The translations under genes and the position numbers were made by a program. From assembly GCA_036381415.1 (NCBI GenBank), contig DASVCV010000007.1:1229-65228 (forward strand): 64,000 bases of DNA, in the 5' to 3' direction. The stretch is from Patescibacteria group bacterium. Its GTDB lineage: Bacteria > Patescibacteriota > Microgenomatia > UBA8517. This document shows, piece after piece, positions 12,376 to 21,404 of the stretch. Below the pieces are notes generated by a model. The model did not search any database, had not been told where the DNA came from, and saw only the letters and a program-made list of their open reading frames with translations. How positions within the stretch are numbered: the stretch's first letter is position 1; each line of letters starts with the position of its first letter.

Positions 12376-13125
12376 ATGTTTGTCGTTCCAATCCTTTTCG
12401 CCTTGGGTTTGATTGTAGGGTCATTCATAGGAGCACTTACCTACCGCATGCCAAAACATGTAAGTATAGTAAGTGGCTACCAAGGCCGCTCAATCTGCCC
12501 AAGGTGTAAGGGTCAAATAAGGTGGTATGACAATATACCGCTTATTTCTTTTCTTCTTCTTAAAGGAAAATGTAGAGACTGCAAAGGAAAAATTTCATAT
12601 AGAGAACCTTTAATTGAACTAGGAGGTGGCTTTATATTTGCTCTTTCATTTTTTAATACACTTTTTCCTTTTTATATCTTTATACTTATTGCCTCAGTTC
12701 TTTTGGCAATTGCAGTTATAGATATAGAAAATCAAATTATTCCAGATGAAATAATTTGGGTTGGTCTATCTGTCTTATTGATCTGGTATCTAGTTTCAAA
12801 CACAAGTTCTTTATACCTATATCTATTAACAGGATTGTCTTCTGCGCTTTTTCTTTTGCTTGTTAATCTAATAACCAAAGGAAAAGGAATGGGTTTAGGA
12901 GATGTTAAGCTAGCAATTTTGATAGGGGCAAGTCTTTCTCCCTCGTTAGCACTCATCTGGTTTCTTGTCTCTTTCGTAACAGGTTCAGTCATTGGTATAA
13001 TGTTAATAACATTAGGAAGAGCTAATATGAAAGCAAGAATTGCTTTTGCACCCTTTCTAATAATAGGATTTTTAGTAGTTTCATTTTTTGGTAATAGCCT
13101 TACCAAATTACTGTTGCCAATTTAA
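12376..13125 (+). CDS. pilD: Prepilin peptidase PilD (A24 family)
   Basis: Zinc-ribbon CPRCKGQI...CRDCKG, multiple TM segments and a GLGDVKL catalytic-Asp region. Confidence 0.85.
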   Translation: MFVVPILFALGLIVGSFIGALTYRMPKHVSIVSGYQGRSICPRCKGQIRWYDNIPLISFLLLKGKCRDCKGKISYREPLIELGGGFIFALSFFNTLFPFYIFILIASVLLAIAVIDIENQIIPDEIIWVGLSVLLIWYLVSNTSSLYLYLLTGLSSALFLLLVNLITKGKGMGLGDVKLAILIGASLSPSLALIWFLVSFVTGSVIGIMLITLGRANMKARIAFAPFLIIGFLVVSFFGNSLTKLLLPI

Positions 13126-13682
13126 TGAGAATTTTTTCAAAACAAGAAAGTATCGCCTTAACTGTTATTCTTTCAATTCTTTTTGTTGTTTCATATTTTA
13201 ATTTTGCCAAAGCACTCGTTAGGTCCCGTGACCTAGAAAGAAGAAATGACATTGGTGCAATTACCAAAGGACTGGAAGATTTTAGAACTGATTTTGCCTC
13301 CTATCCCCAATCAACCAAAGAAGGATTAATAAATGCCTGCAACGGAGGATGCGTTTGGGGCAAAGACCCATTAAGAGATATAAACGACCTAACCTACCCT
13401 GCTTATATGAATGTAATACCTCTTGACCCTCGCACTGGTGATGGCTATTCCTATCTTTATTTTTCAAATGGTAGAAGATTCCAAATATATGCAACTCTGG
13501 AAGACGCTCAAGGAGTGGAATATGATCCTAAAATTGTAGCTATGAATTTAAAGTGTGGAACTAAGATCTGTAACTTTGGAAGATCATCTCCAGAAACACC
13601 ACTTGATAAATCTATCGAACAATATGAAAATGAATTAATACAAGAACAATTGCGGTTAAGAAAACTGCAGTTGGGCAAGTAA
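13125..13682 (+). CDS. Pilin-like protein with a degenerate N-terminus (no G|F cleavage motif)
   Basis: Hydrophobic N-helix followed by the RSRDLERRNDI motif shared with neighbouring pilins. No GFTLIE motif. Confidence 0.55.
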   Translation: MRIFSKQESIALTVILSILFVVSYFNFAKALVRSRDLERRNDIGAITKGLEDFRTDFASYPQSTKEGLINACNGGCVWGKDPLRDINDLTYPAYMNVIPLDPRTGDGYSYLYFSNGRRFQIYATLEDAQGVEYDPKIVAMNLKCGTKICNFGRSSPETPLDKSIEQYENELIQEQLRLRKLQLGK

Positions 13683-13686
13683 AGAT

Positions 13687-14160
13687 ATGACTGCCCTAAA
13701 AAAAGGTTTTACATTAATTGAGCTTCTAATGGTAATGGCAATAATTGCAGTTATTGCAACCTTCTTTATTACCTATTCAACAGGAGGCACAAAAAAAGCA
13801 AGAGATGCCAAAAGAGAAAGCGACATTAAGCAATATCAGAATTCACTAGAAATTTATGCAGCCAAAAACAACACTCTTTACCCTTCCAGAACCTCAGGCG
13901 TAGGAGTCCAAGCTTCTGTTACAACATGCCAAGACCTAACCCTTACAAGTTGCCCAGAAGATCCTATTAATGGAAGCAATTCAAATTATATGTATAGATA
14001 TCAGTCTGATGGTACAGGCAATGGAACAGTTACCGGAACAAGATATGTTCTGTGGGCACAGTTTGAAGGCCAAACAGGATACTGGGTAGTTTGTTCCAAT
14101 GGAAAGACAGGGATAATGGCATCAGTTACAGTTTCAACAGGTACGTGTCCTTTGCCATGA
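13687..14160 (+). CDS. Type IV pilin
   Basis: KKGFTLIELLMVMAIIAVIA. Confidence 0.8.
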   Translation: MTALKKGFTLIELLMVMAIIAVIATFFITYSTGGTKKARDAKRESDIKQYQNSLEIYAAKNNTLYPSRTSGVGVQASVTTCQDLTLTSCPEDPINGSNSNYMYRYQSDGTGNGTVTGTRYVLWAQFEGQTGYWVVCSNGKTGIMASVTVSTGTCPLP

Positions 14161-14177
14161 ATAAACAATCTATTATT

Positions 14178-14603
14178 ATGAAAAAAGGGTTCACACTCAT
14201 TGAACTTCTAGTAGTTATTACAATTATTGGAATTCTTTTAGCTATTTCAATATTTGGACTTATTGGAGCACGTGAGTCCTCTCGTGATGTCAAAAGAAAA
14301 GCAGAGCTGGAACAGATTAGATCAGGTATTGAAGTATATAAATCAGACTGTAATGTCTATCCTGCTAGTCTTGGAGCAAGTCTTGTAGGAAGTGGCTCCC
14401 CGTCAACTTGTGCAGCAACAAATGTATATATTGCTACAACTCCAGTAGATCCACTCTCTCCAGCTCGTGCTTATTCATACTATTCAAACGGCTCTACTTA
14501 TGAAGTATGTGCTAGCTTGGAAAGTGGAACAGGAAGTGTTACCTGTGGAGGATCTTCAACTTGTGGAAGTTCAACCTGCAATTACAAAGTTACAAATCCC
14601 TAA
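14178..14603 (+). CDS. Type IV pilin
   Basis: MKKGFTLIELLVVITIIGILLA. An upstream in-frame ATG at 14157 (ATGA overlap with the previous gene) is an alternative start. Confidence 0.75.
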   Translation: MKKGFTLIELLVVITIIGILLAISIFGLIGARESSRDVKRKAELEQIRSGIEVYKSDCNVYPASLGASLVGSGSPSTCAATNVYIATTPVDPLSPARAYSYYSNGSTYEVCASLESGTGSVTCGGSSTCGSSTCNYKVTNP

Positions 14604-14612
14604 ACTATATAA

Positions 14613-15506
14613 ATGGCAAACTTAAAAAGATTATCTTCTAAAAAAGATGGATACACCCTAATTGAAATACTTGTTGTGCTTGTCATCATGGGGATTTTAT
14701 TTGCAGTTGGATATGCCAACTATAGAGACTTTTCCCGTCAGCAGCTTGTTATAAATGCAATGAGAACTCTTAGAGCTGATCTAAGACTTGCTCAAGAGCA
14801 GGCAATTGAGGGAAAAAAGCCAACAGGATGCACAGGCAACTTGAGTGGCTATAAATTTACAGTTCTAAACCCTGCTTTGTACCAAATAAGTGCCGCCTGC
14901 GGCAGTGGAGACGTGGTAGTAAAGACTGTTGATGTGCCGGCAGGCATTACAATAAGTACACCTAGTTTAAATCCAATTGTTTTTAATATTTTAGGAACTG
15001 GAACAAATATTAACCAGGCAAGCCCTTCCCGTGCTGTTATTGGTTTAACTCAAACAGCAACTAATTATTTCCGTTCAATTATTGTTTACCCAAGTGGTGA
15101 GGTAAAAGAGTCGACTGAAACTCCTGATCCTGTTGCTACTCCAACTCCCACTCCAACACCACCACCAGGATCCTGGCATGCCTTAGGTACATGGACATTC
15201 GGATGCGGTACTGTTGTAGCTGTTTTTCCAACCAAAACCGCATCGTCTATCCTATTTACGAAAGTAAGTGGCGGTGGCGGAGACGGTATGATTTCATATC
15301 AGTGTTATGGCTCAAATGGAATGCAGGTACAAACAGGCGGCCTCTTTGGTGGTACCTGGCAAATTGCCCCTGGTCCCTGCGGTTGGCTAAATGGCCAGTC
15401 AACCACAATAAGTTTTGCCGAAACTACAGTTGGTCAGTTCAAAGGAGCAATCGGATGCAATGATGGAGAAACTGCAGGAGTATCAATATCCTACTATGGA
15501 CCATAA
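14613..15506 (+). CDS. Minor pilin / pseudopilin-like protein with a C-terminal globular domain
   Basis: KKDGYTLIEILVVLVIMGIL N-terminal pilin motif. PT-rich linker (PDPVATPTPTPTPPPGS) before a C-terminal domain. Confidence 0.7.
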   Translation: MANLKRLSSKKDGYTLIEILVVLVIMGILFAVGYANYRDFSRQQLVINAMRTLRADLRLAQEQAIEGKKPTGCTGNLSGYKFTVLNPALYQISAACGSGDVVVKTVDVPAGITISTPSLNPIVFNILGTGTNINQASPSRAVIGLTQTATNYFRSIIVYPSGEVKESTETPDPVATPTPTPTPPPGSWHALGTWTFGCGTVVAVFPTKTASSILFTKVSGGGGDGMISYQCYGSNGMQVQTGGLFGGTWQIAPGPCGWLNGQSTTISFAETTVGQFKGAIGCNDGETAGVSISYYGP

Positions 15507-15957
15507 ACAAAGCATGCAGCTTCGCGGTAAAAAAAAGGAAAAAGGACAGTCCTTTTTTGAAGTAGTATTAGCACTTGCTCTTGTAGCAATAGTCTTAATG
15601 GCTCTTGTTTCTCTTGCAACAGTTTCAGTCCGTACTGCTACTTTTTCGAGAAATAAAAATTTAGCAACAAGACTTTCCCAAGAAGCAATTGAGTGGTTAA
15701 GAAGCCAAAGAGATGCAGGTTGGACAAACTTTGTAACAAAGGCTACAACTGCAAACTGGTGTCTAGTTAATCTAGATTGGAGTCAGCCAGGATCCTGCAA
15801 TTCAACTAATGTAGTTACTGACACGGGAATCGTAAGACAAGTTACTCTTTCTATTCCCGATGCAACCACAGTCCAGGCTGATGTAAAAGCTAGCTGGGTT
15901 GATGGTCAAGGAAGCCATCAGATAACAACATCAACATTCTTTACAAGTTGGAAATGA
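15496..15957 (+). CDS. Minor pilin-like protein (PilV-like)
   Basis: KKKEKGQSFFEVVLALALVAIVLMAL. Start is either 15496 or 15514 (MQLRG...). The track ORF from 15415 overlaps the previous gene. Confidence 0.6.
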   Translation: MDHKQSMQLRGKKKEKGQSFFEVVLALALVAIVLMALVSLATVSVRTATFSRNKNLATRLSQEAIEWLRSQRDAGWTNFVTKATTANWCLVNLDWSQPGSCNSTNVVTDTGIVRQVTLSIPDATTVQADVKASWVDGQGSHQITTSTFFTSWK

Positions 15958-16472
15958 ACAAATTTAAGAATATAAACAGGCAAAATAATACAAAAGGTTT
16001 TTCCTTAGTAGAAATACTTGTAGTTCTTGCTGTGTTTGCAATTCTAGGAATTGTAATGTCCCAGTCTCTCCTTATTATTTTAAGAAACGCTAGAAAATCA
16101 GATACCAGTAACAAAGTAAGGGAAAGCCTTGATTTCGCAATTGCTTCAATTGAGCGTCAGCTCCATAATGCAATTGATGTAACCCCCTGTCCTAATGCCA
16201 ACACAACAACTATTACTGTTATGGACCAAGGAAGGCAAACTTATTCATTTTCCTGCAACAATATTGGCCCTACAGGCTACATTGCTTCAGCTTCCGCACG
16301 CATGACCTCAACTGATATTTCAATTGTTTCCTGCTCTTTTGTCTGTTCTCCAGCTTCTGCAAGTGTTCCTACATCAGTAACAATTGATATAGCTGCACAA
16401 GATGCTAATGCAGTTGGCCCCGAAAATACCAAGGTTATGGACTCAACAACGGTTTACTTAAGAACCCACTAG
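15948..16472 (+). CDS. Minor pilin-like protein
   Basis: NTKGFSLVEILVVLAVFAILGIV. Confidence 0.7.
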   Translation: MEMNKFKNINRQNNTKGFSLVEILVVLAVFAILGIVMSQSLLIILRNARKSDTSNKVRESLDFAIASIERQLHNAIDVTPCPNANTTTITVMDQGRQTYSFSCNNIGPTGYIASASARMTSTDISIVSCSFVCSPASASVPTSVTIDIAAQDANAVGPENTKVMDSTTVYLRTH

Positions 16473-16489
16473 TTGTAAACTGAAAATAG

Positions 16490-17368
16490 ATGAAAAACCA
16501 GTCTGGACAAGCCCTACTCCTTGTACTTCTTGGAATGTCTGTGATTCTGACAATTGCTCTTTCTATTCTTTCAAGCTCAGTTGTTGATGTGAAAGTAACA
16601 ACAAATGAACAAGATGCACTTCGTGCCTTTTCAGCTGCAGAAGCAGGTATTGAAAAAGCTCTTGTTGCAGGAAGTGCTGCAAACGGAAACATCAATGGTT
16701 CCTCATATAGTGCAATTTTTACAGCAGGCGCATCCTCCACCTCCTATTTATACCCTGCAAATATAATTAGCGGAGACACAGCTACTATTTGGCTGGTAAA
16801 TCATGCTGCAGATGAATCGCTTGTTTGTGATGCAACCCACCTTTGCTTTACTGGAAAAACTATTAAATTCTGCTGGGGAAACCCAGGAACTGCTGCAGGA
16901 TCTGCAACCACTCCAGCAATTGAAATTTCTTTCCTATATCTAAATACTCCTGGTGATTATTCCACAGTTAGAATTGCAAGAGGAGTTTATGATCCAAATA
17001 GCTCAAGAACTCCTACAAACTTTTTTTCAGCTCCTGATGCAGGAGCATGCACAGTTAATGGGGCTAACTATGCTTTCCAAAAGACAGTTGATGTATCAAC
17101 TTTAGGTGTGCCTATAACTGTCTATAATGTTGCCAATGGGCTTCAAATGGCCCGAGTAAGACTTCTTTACAACACCTCAGTTGCTCATCCTATTGCAATT
17201 GATACAAATTTTGCCGGAAATGCCAACTTCCCTCCCCAGGCAGTAAGAATTGAGTCAACTGGAACATCAGGTGAGTCAACCAGGAAAGTAGAAGTGTTTA
17301 AAGGATATGCTGATTTACCGCCAATCTTTGATGGTGTAATTTTCACTTCACCTGATATAGTTAAATAA
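16490..17368 (+). CDS. PilX-like minor pilin
   Basis: GQALLLVLLGMSVILTIALSIL...LRAFSAAEAGIEKAL matches the PilX N-terminal domain pattern. Confidence 0.65.
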   Translation: MKNQSGQALLLVLLGMSVILTIALSILSSSVVDVKVTTNEQDALRAFSAAEAGIEKALVAGSAANGNINGSSYSAIFTAGASSTSYLYPANIISGDTATIWLVNHAADESLVCDATHLCFTGKTIKFCWGNPGTAAGSATTPAIEISFLYLNTPGDYSTVRIARGVYDPNSSRTPTNFFSAPDAGACTVNGANYAFQKTVDVSTLGVPITVYNVANGLQMARVRLLYNTSVAHPIAIDTNFAGNANFPPQAVRIESTGTSGESTRKVEVFKGYADLPPIFDGVIFTSPDIVK

Positions 17369-17375
17369 GAATAAT

Positions 17376-18395
17376 ATGAGCGTTGGAATAGACATAGGAT
17401 CAAAAACCATAAAAGCAGTAGAAGTTGTCTTTGAAGGCGGCAAGTATGTCTTTAAAACTGCGGGAATTATTCCTGTTCCAGCAGGTGTTGGAGTTGATCA
17501 TCTTCAGGACGACAAAGATTATGCTGCCTTAGCTGAAACAATTAAAAAGCTTTTTAAAGATGCAAAGTTTTCTGGAAAAGATGTTTCTGTAGCTCTTCCC
17601 GAGTCTCAAGTTTTTACAAGGCCTATTAAGCTTCCTCTTCTTACAGATCAGGAAATTGCATCAGCTATTAAGTGGCAAGCAGAAGAAAGCGTTCCCATCC
17701 CAATCAATGAAACAATTGTCCAGCACATAATTGTAGAAAGGAAAGAAAATACAACTCCTCCAGAGGTATTAGTGCTTTTAGTTGCAGCCCCTCGAGTATT
17801 GGTGGAAAAATATGTCAAGATTTTAACCCTAGCTGGTCTTAATGTAGTTGGAGCGGAAACAGAGTTAATGGCAATGACTCGTGCCCTTGCTCCAGCAAAT
17901 CAATCTTCAATTATTGTAGATTTTGGAGCTAGATCTACTGATATTGCAATTGTAAAAAACACCCAGCTTGTCTTTAGTAGAACAATTCCTACAGCAGGAG
18001 AAGCATTTACAAGAGCAGTTTCTCAGGCAATAGGAGTTGATGTTAACCAGGCAGAAGAATACAAAAAAACATACGGGCTTTCCGGAACCCAGCTGGAAGG
18101 AAAAATTGGAAATGCAATCTCTCCTGTTTTTAGAGTAGTAACAGAAGAAATTAAAAAATCCATCCATTTCTATCAAACAGACCAAAATGAACCCGCTCCT
18201 ACTTTAATAGTATTATCAGGTGGAACCGCAGGTCTTCCAGATGCAGGTCCAACTATTACAAAACTTGTGGGTATTGAAACTCAAATAGCTAATCCTTTTG
18301 CAAAACTTGCAATTGATCCGGCAAAGTTTAGAGCTCTTTCAAACTATGCCCCGCTTTATTCAGTTGCAATAGGCCTTGCCTTAAGAGGAGATTAA
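17376..18395 (+). CDS. pilM: Type IV pilus assembly protein PilM (actin-like ATPase fold)
   Basis: 339 aa. GIDIGSKTIKAVEV N-terminus and synteny with pilN/pilO. Confidence 0.85.
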   Translation: MSVGIDIGSKTIKAVEVVFEGGKYVFKTAGIIPVPAGVGVDHLQDDKDYAALAETIKKLFKDAKFSGKDVSVALPESQVFTRPIKLPLLTDQEIASAIKWQAEESVPIPINETIVQHIIVERKENTTPPEVLVLLVAAPRVLVEKYVKILTLAGLNVVGAETELMAMTRALAPANQSSIIVDFGARSTDIAIVKNTQLVFSRTIPTAGEAFTRAVSQAIGVDVNQAEEYKKTYGLSGTQLEGKIGNAISPVFRVVTEEIKKSIHFYQTDQNEPAPTLIVLSGGTAGLPDAGPTITKLVGIETQIANPFAKLAIDPAKFRALSNYAPLYSVAIGLALRGD

Positions 18396-18396
18396 T

Positions 18397-18924
18397 ATGG
18401 CTACCAAAATTAATCTTCTACCCAACGAGTTAGGAAGAGGAAAAGAAGCTCTCAAGGTAGCTGCTCTTCTTAATAAAGTTTCAATGATAATAGGAGGAAT
18501 TTTTCTTCTACTAGGAATTATTGGAATAATCTATCTAGTTGCACTTCAATCTCAAATTACAGGTCTAATAAATGGTAACAGTCAAAAACAGGCACAGATA
18601 AGAAATTTGGAACAAACTGAGCAGAAACTTGTCTTAATTAAGGATAGAGCTGGCAAAATAAAAGGTATTATTGCTACAAAAAGTGCATATGATGCTTCAT
18701 CTAGCATTTCTGATATCCTCTCAGGCCTTCCGCCTGAAGTAAGTTTGGAAGAAGCAAACATTGCCCCCATCCAGGTAAGGTTTTCAGTCATCTCCCAAAG
18801 CTCGCTTGGAATGATTGCATTCTTAAATAAAGTAAGCCAAGCAACTAATTTTAAGCAGGTTATATTGAAAAACTTTGGATTTAGGCCCCTAAGCGGCTAT
18901 TCAATAACAATTGAAACAAATTAA
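18397..18924 (+). CDS. pilN: PilN-like assembly protein
   Basis: N-terminal INLLP motif, a single TM segment, and position after pilM. Confidence 0.7.
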   Translation: MATKINLLPNELGRGKEALKVAALLNKVSMIIGGIFLLLGIIGIIYLVALQSQITGLINGNSQKQAQIRNLEQTEQKLVLIKDRAGKIKGIIATKSAYDASSSISDILSGLPPEVSLEEANIAPIQVRFSVISQSSLGMIAFLNKVSQATNFKQVILKNFGFRPLSGYSITIETN

Positions 18925-18926
18925 AT

Positions 18927-19616
18927 ATGGAAAAATTAATACGAGCCAATTTAAGATTTTTAGGAGTCCCTCTTGGAATTTTGGCAACAATTGTTGTATT
19001 GTCCTTGGTTTCATTTAAGATCTTTTCAGACCGTTCAACTGATGAAAATAACCAAATAGCAACCCTTACTGCTCAAAGCTCCATTCTGGATCAAAAGCTT
19101 TCTGCTCTTCAAACTGTAGGATCAACAATTAATGCTGCTCAAAATATCTCTCTTGCACTTCCGTCCGATAATCCAACCTTCATCATTTCCAATCAGATAA
19201 AAAGATACTCTCAAGATACATCAGTTAGTGTTGAAAGTGTTCAAATTGGGCAAGAAGTAGTAGACACCAAAGGAGTGTCCCATGCTGATGTAAGTGTAGA
19301 TGCAGTGGGAAATCCTATTAGTATCCTTGCATTTGCCAACAAATTAAAAAATGCCTCTCCCCTAACTCTAGGAAATAATATTGTAATAACTCAAAAAGGT
19401 GGAGAAACAAGGGCAACAATAGCTCTTTCTGTTTTCTGGGCAGCATTTCCAGAGAAACTCCCCGCAATTACAGAACCTATTTCAGAGCTAACAGCTGATG
19501 AAAAAGAGATTATTGCAAAGATTGCAGCCCTTCAGACCCCGTTCCTAGTAACAGGAACAGAACAGCCTGTTGCTTCACAACCCGCCACTCCTAAATCAAA
19601 CCCGTTTGGATTTTAG
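18927..19616 (+). CDS. pilO: PilO-like assembly protein
   Basis: Single N-terminal TM, coiled-coil segment, and position after pilN. Confidence 0.6.
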   Translation: MEKLIRANLRFLGVPLGILATIVVLSLVSFKIFSDRSTDENNQIATLTAQSSILDQKLSALQTVGSTINAAQNISLALPSDNPTFIISNQIKRYSQDTSVSVESVQIGQEVVDTKGVSHADVSVDAVGNPISILAFANKLKNASPLTLGNNIVITQKGGETRATIALSVFWAAFPEKLPAITEPISELTADEKEIIAKIAALQTPFLVTGTEQPVASQPATPKSNPFGF

Positions 19617-19675
19617 TAGATAATTGCGCCAAGAAGTTAACTGAGAAAAGTATCTAAGAAGTGTATCTGGAGTTT

Positions 19676-19906
19676 TTATTTTTCTTCTACTGAGACAGCA
19701 ACTGATTTTCCTTCAAGTACTGCTCTTACAGAAAGTATCTTTCTTATGTTTTTAATAGTTCTTCCGCTTTTTCCAATAATGAGTCCGATAATGGAAGGAT
19801 CAGATTTTACATTGTAAATAACTCTTCCTTCTTCTTCAGTCTCTGATATCTCAAACTCACTTGAATTTGTAATTTTGTTGATTAAAAATGACAATAAATC
19901 TTTCAT
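19676..19906 (-). CDS. KH-domain RNA-binding protein (UPF0109)
   Basis: IIGLIIGKSGRTIKNIRKIL GXXG KH motif. Canonical position downstream of rpsP. Confidence 0.8.
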   Translation of the reverse strand: MKDLLSFLINKITNSSEFEISETEEEGRVIYNVKSDPSIIGLIIGKSGRTIKNIRKILSVRAVLEGKSVAVSVEEK

Positions 19907-19915
19907 TGTAGTTTG

Positions 19916-20140
19916 TTATTTAGCTTCCATGAGCTTTTTAACAGCTGGCGTTATTTGAGCTCCTTTTGATACCCATTTTTGGATTTCTTTCAAATCAACC
20001 TCTTTGGTGTCATCACTTGGATGCCAAAAACCCAGTATTCCAAGATCTTGTCCAGATCTTTTGCTTCCTTCCTCAATAGCAACAATTCTATAAAATGGAT
20101 CTTCCTTTTTTCCTAATCTTTTTAGTCTGATTTTTACCAT
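19916..20140 (-). CDS. rpsP: 30S ribosomal protein S16
   Basis: MVKIRLKRLGKKEDPFYRIVA. Confidence 0.9.
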   Translation of the reverse strand: MVKIRLKRLGKKEDPFYRIVAIEEGSKRSGQDLGILGFWHPSDDTKEVDLKEIQKWVSKGAQITPAVKKLMEAK

Positions 20141-20179
20141 GTCCGTATTTTACCACAAGATATACTTGAGGCCAAGCTT

Positions 20180-20857
20180 TTACTCTTCTGGAAAAAGCTC
20201 CTTAAGTGCAATACTTGCTGCCATTTGCTGAGCTTCAGCTTTACTTTTACCTGTTCCTTTAGCCGCAATTTTGTCTCCCACTCTTACTTCCACTCCAAAC
20301 TGCCTGGCATGGTCTGGTCCTTTAATTTCAATAACTCTATATCTTGGTGTAGGTAGTTTTTTAGATTGAACTTTTTCTTGAAGCAAGCTTTTTGCATCTT
20401 TAAGAGGCTCTTGAATCTTTTCAGGAAGGTTCTCAAGTATATTTTCCATTATGAAATTTTTAGCTGCCTTAATCCCTAAATCAATATAAATGGCACCAAT
20501 AATTGCTTCTATGGTATCAGCAAGAAGTGATGGATTAGTTCTTCCTCCTCCTCTTTCCTCACCATGGGATAGATAGATGCTCTCTCCAACTCCCAGCTTT
20601 TGGGCTACAATACTTAAGTTTTTAGTATTAACAAGATTTGCCCTTAATGCAGTTAAATATCCTTCACTTTGATCAGTAAACTTCCTATATATCTCATCTG
20701 AAACAATATACTCAAGAATTGCATCTCCCAAAAACTCCAATCTTTCATTAGACTCTCTTTTGCCTTTGTTCTCATTAAGCCAAGATTTATGAGTCAGAGC
20801 CTGATCAAACAGTTTTTCATCCTTAAATCCCTTTTTAACTTCTTCTAGTTTTGTCAT
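20180..20857 (-). CDS. rnc: Ribonuclease III
   Basis: ERLEFLGDAILEY RNase III signature plus a C-terminal dsRBD. Confidence 0.9.
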   Translation of the reverse strand: MTKLEEVKKGFKDEKLFDQALTHKSWLNENKGKRESNERLEFLGDAILEYIVSDEIYRKFTDQSEGYLTALRANLVNTKNLSIVAQKLGVGESIYLSHGEERGGGRTNPSLLADTIEAIIGAIYIDLGIKAAKNFIMENILENLPEKIQEPLKDAKSLLQEKVQSKKLPTPRYRVIEIKGPDHARQFGVEVRVGDKIAAKGTGKSKAEAQQMAASIALKELFPEE

Positions 20858-20868
20858 GATATTTAGAA

Positions 20869-21231
20869 TTATTTTTCTTGTAAATTGCTGCTAGATACAA
20901 TTTTACCTAATACTCCATTTATAAAAGAGGAAGAAGCATCAGATCCATATTCTTTAGCAAGTTCTACTGCTTCATCAATAACAACCTTAGGAGGGACCTT
21001 TTCTTCAGATAGTTCAAATACAGCAAGTCTTAAAATGGCTAGATCAATCTTATTTAGTTTATCTACTGGCCATTGGGGAGCAGCCTTTGCTATTTTTTTA
21101 TCTATCTCCTTCTCCTGATATAGAATTTTTAAAGTAATTTCTGTAGCTGGCTGTTTTGCAAAGTCGAGTGCAAAAAGCTCCTTGACGATTTGGCGTCTTT
21201 TTATGTGTCTTGGGTCAGTGGCTTTCTTCAT
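20869..21231 (-). CDS. nusB: Transcription antitermination factor NusB
   Basis: 120 aa with NusB-like helical pattern ([10 protein letters not shown]). Confidence 0.8.
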   Translation of the reverse strand: MKKATDPRHIKRRQIVKELFALDFAKQPATEITLKILYQEKEIDKKIAKAAPQWPVDKLNKIDLAILRLAVFELSEEKVPPKVVIDEAVELAKEYGSDASSSFINGVLGKIVSSSNLQEK

Positions 21232-21380
21232 TTATGTCCGCAATTGGAGCATTCCTTGTGGGGAAGCTTGAATTTCCCGCAGTTAGGACATCTGACCAGA
21301 GTTGGAAGCCCGAGCCTTACTGAGTTCCTTCTTTGGTTGCTTCTAGACCTTGTGTGCTTTTTCTTTGGTAATGGTGTCAT
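21228..21380 (-). CDS. rpmF: 50S ribosomal protein L32
   Basis: 50-aa minus-strand ORF, too short for the ORF track. Translation [50 protein letters not shown] shows the L32 N-terminal basic motif plus a CxxC...CxxC zinc ribbon. Stop overlaps the nusB start (ATGA). Confidence 0.8.
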   Translation of the reverse strand: MTPLPKKKHTRSRSNQRRNSVRLGLPTLVRCPNCGKFKLPHKECSNCGHK

Positions 21381-21404
21381 TGCTCTTGTATTGTAACACT
21401 AAAG

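Noticed and set aside
14091-14177. Upstream extension of the pilin ORF (MFQWKDRDNG...)
   Set aside because: It overlaps the previous pilin gene. Class III signal peptides are short, so the MKKGF start at 14178 (or 14157) is far more plausible.
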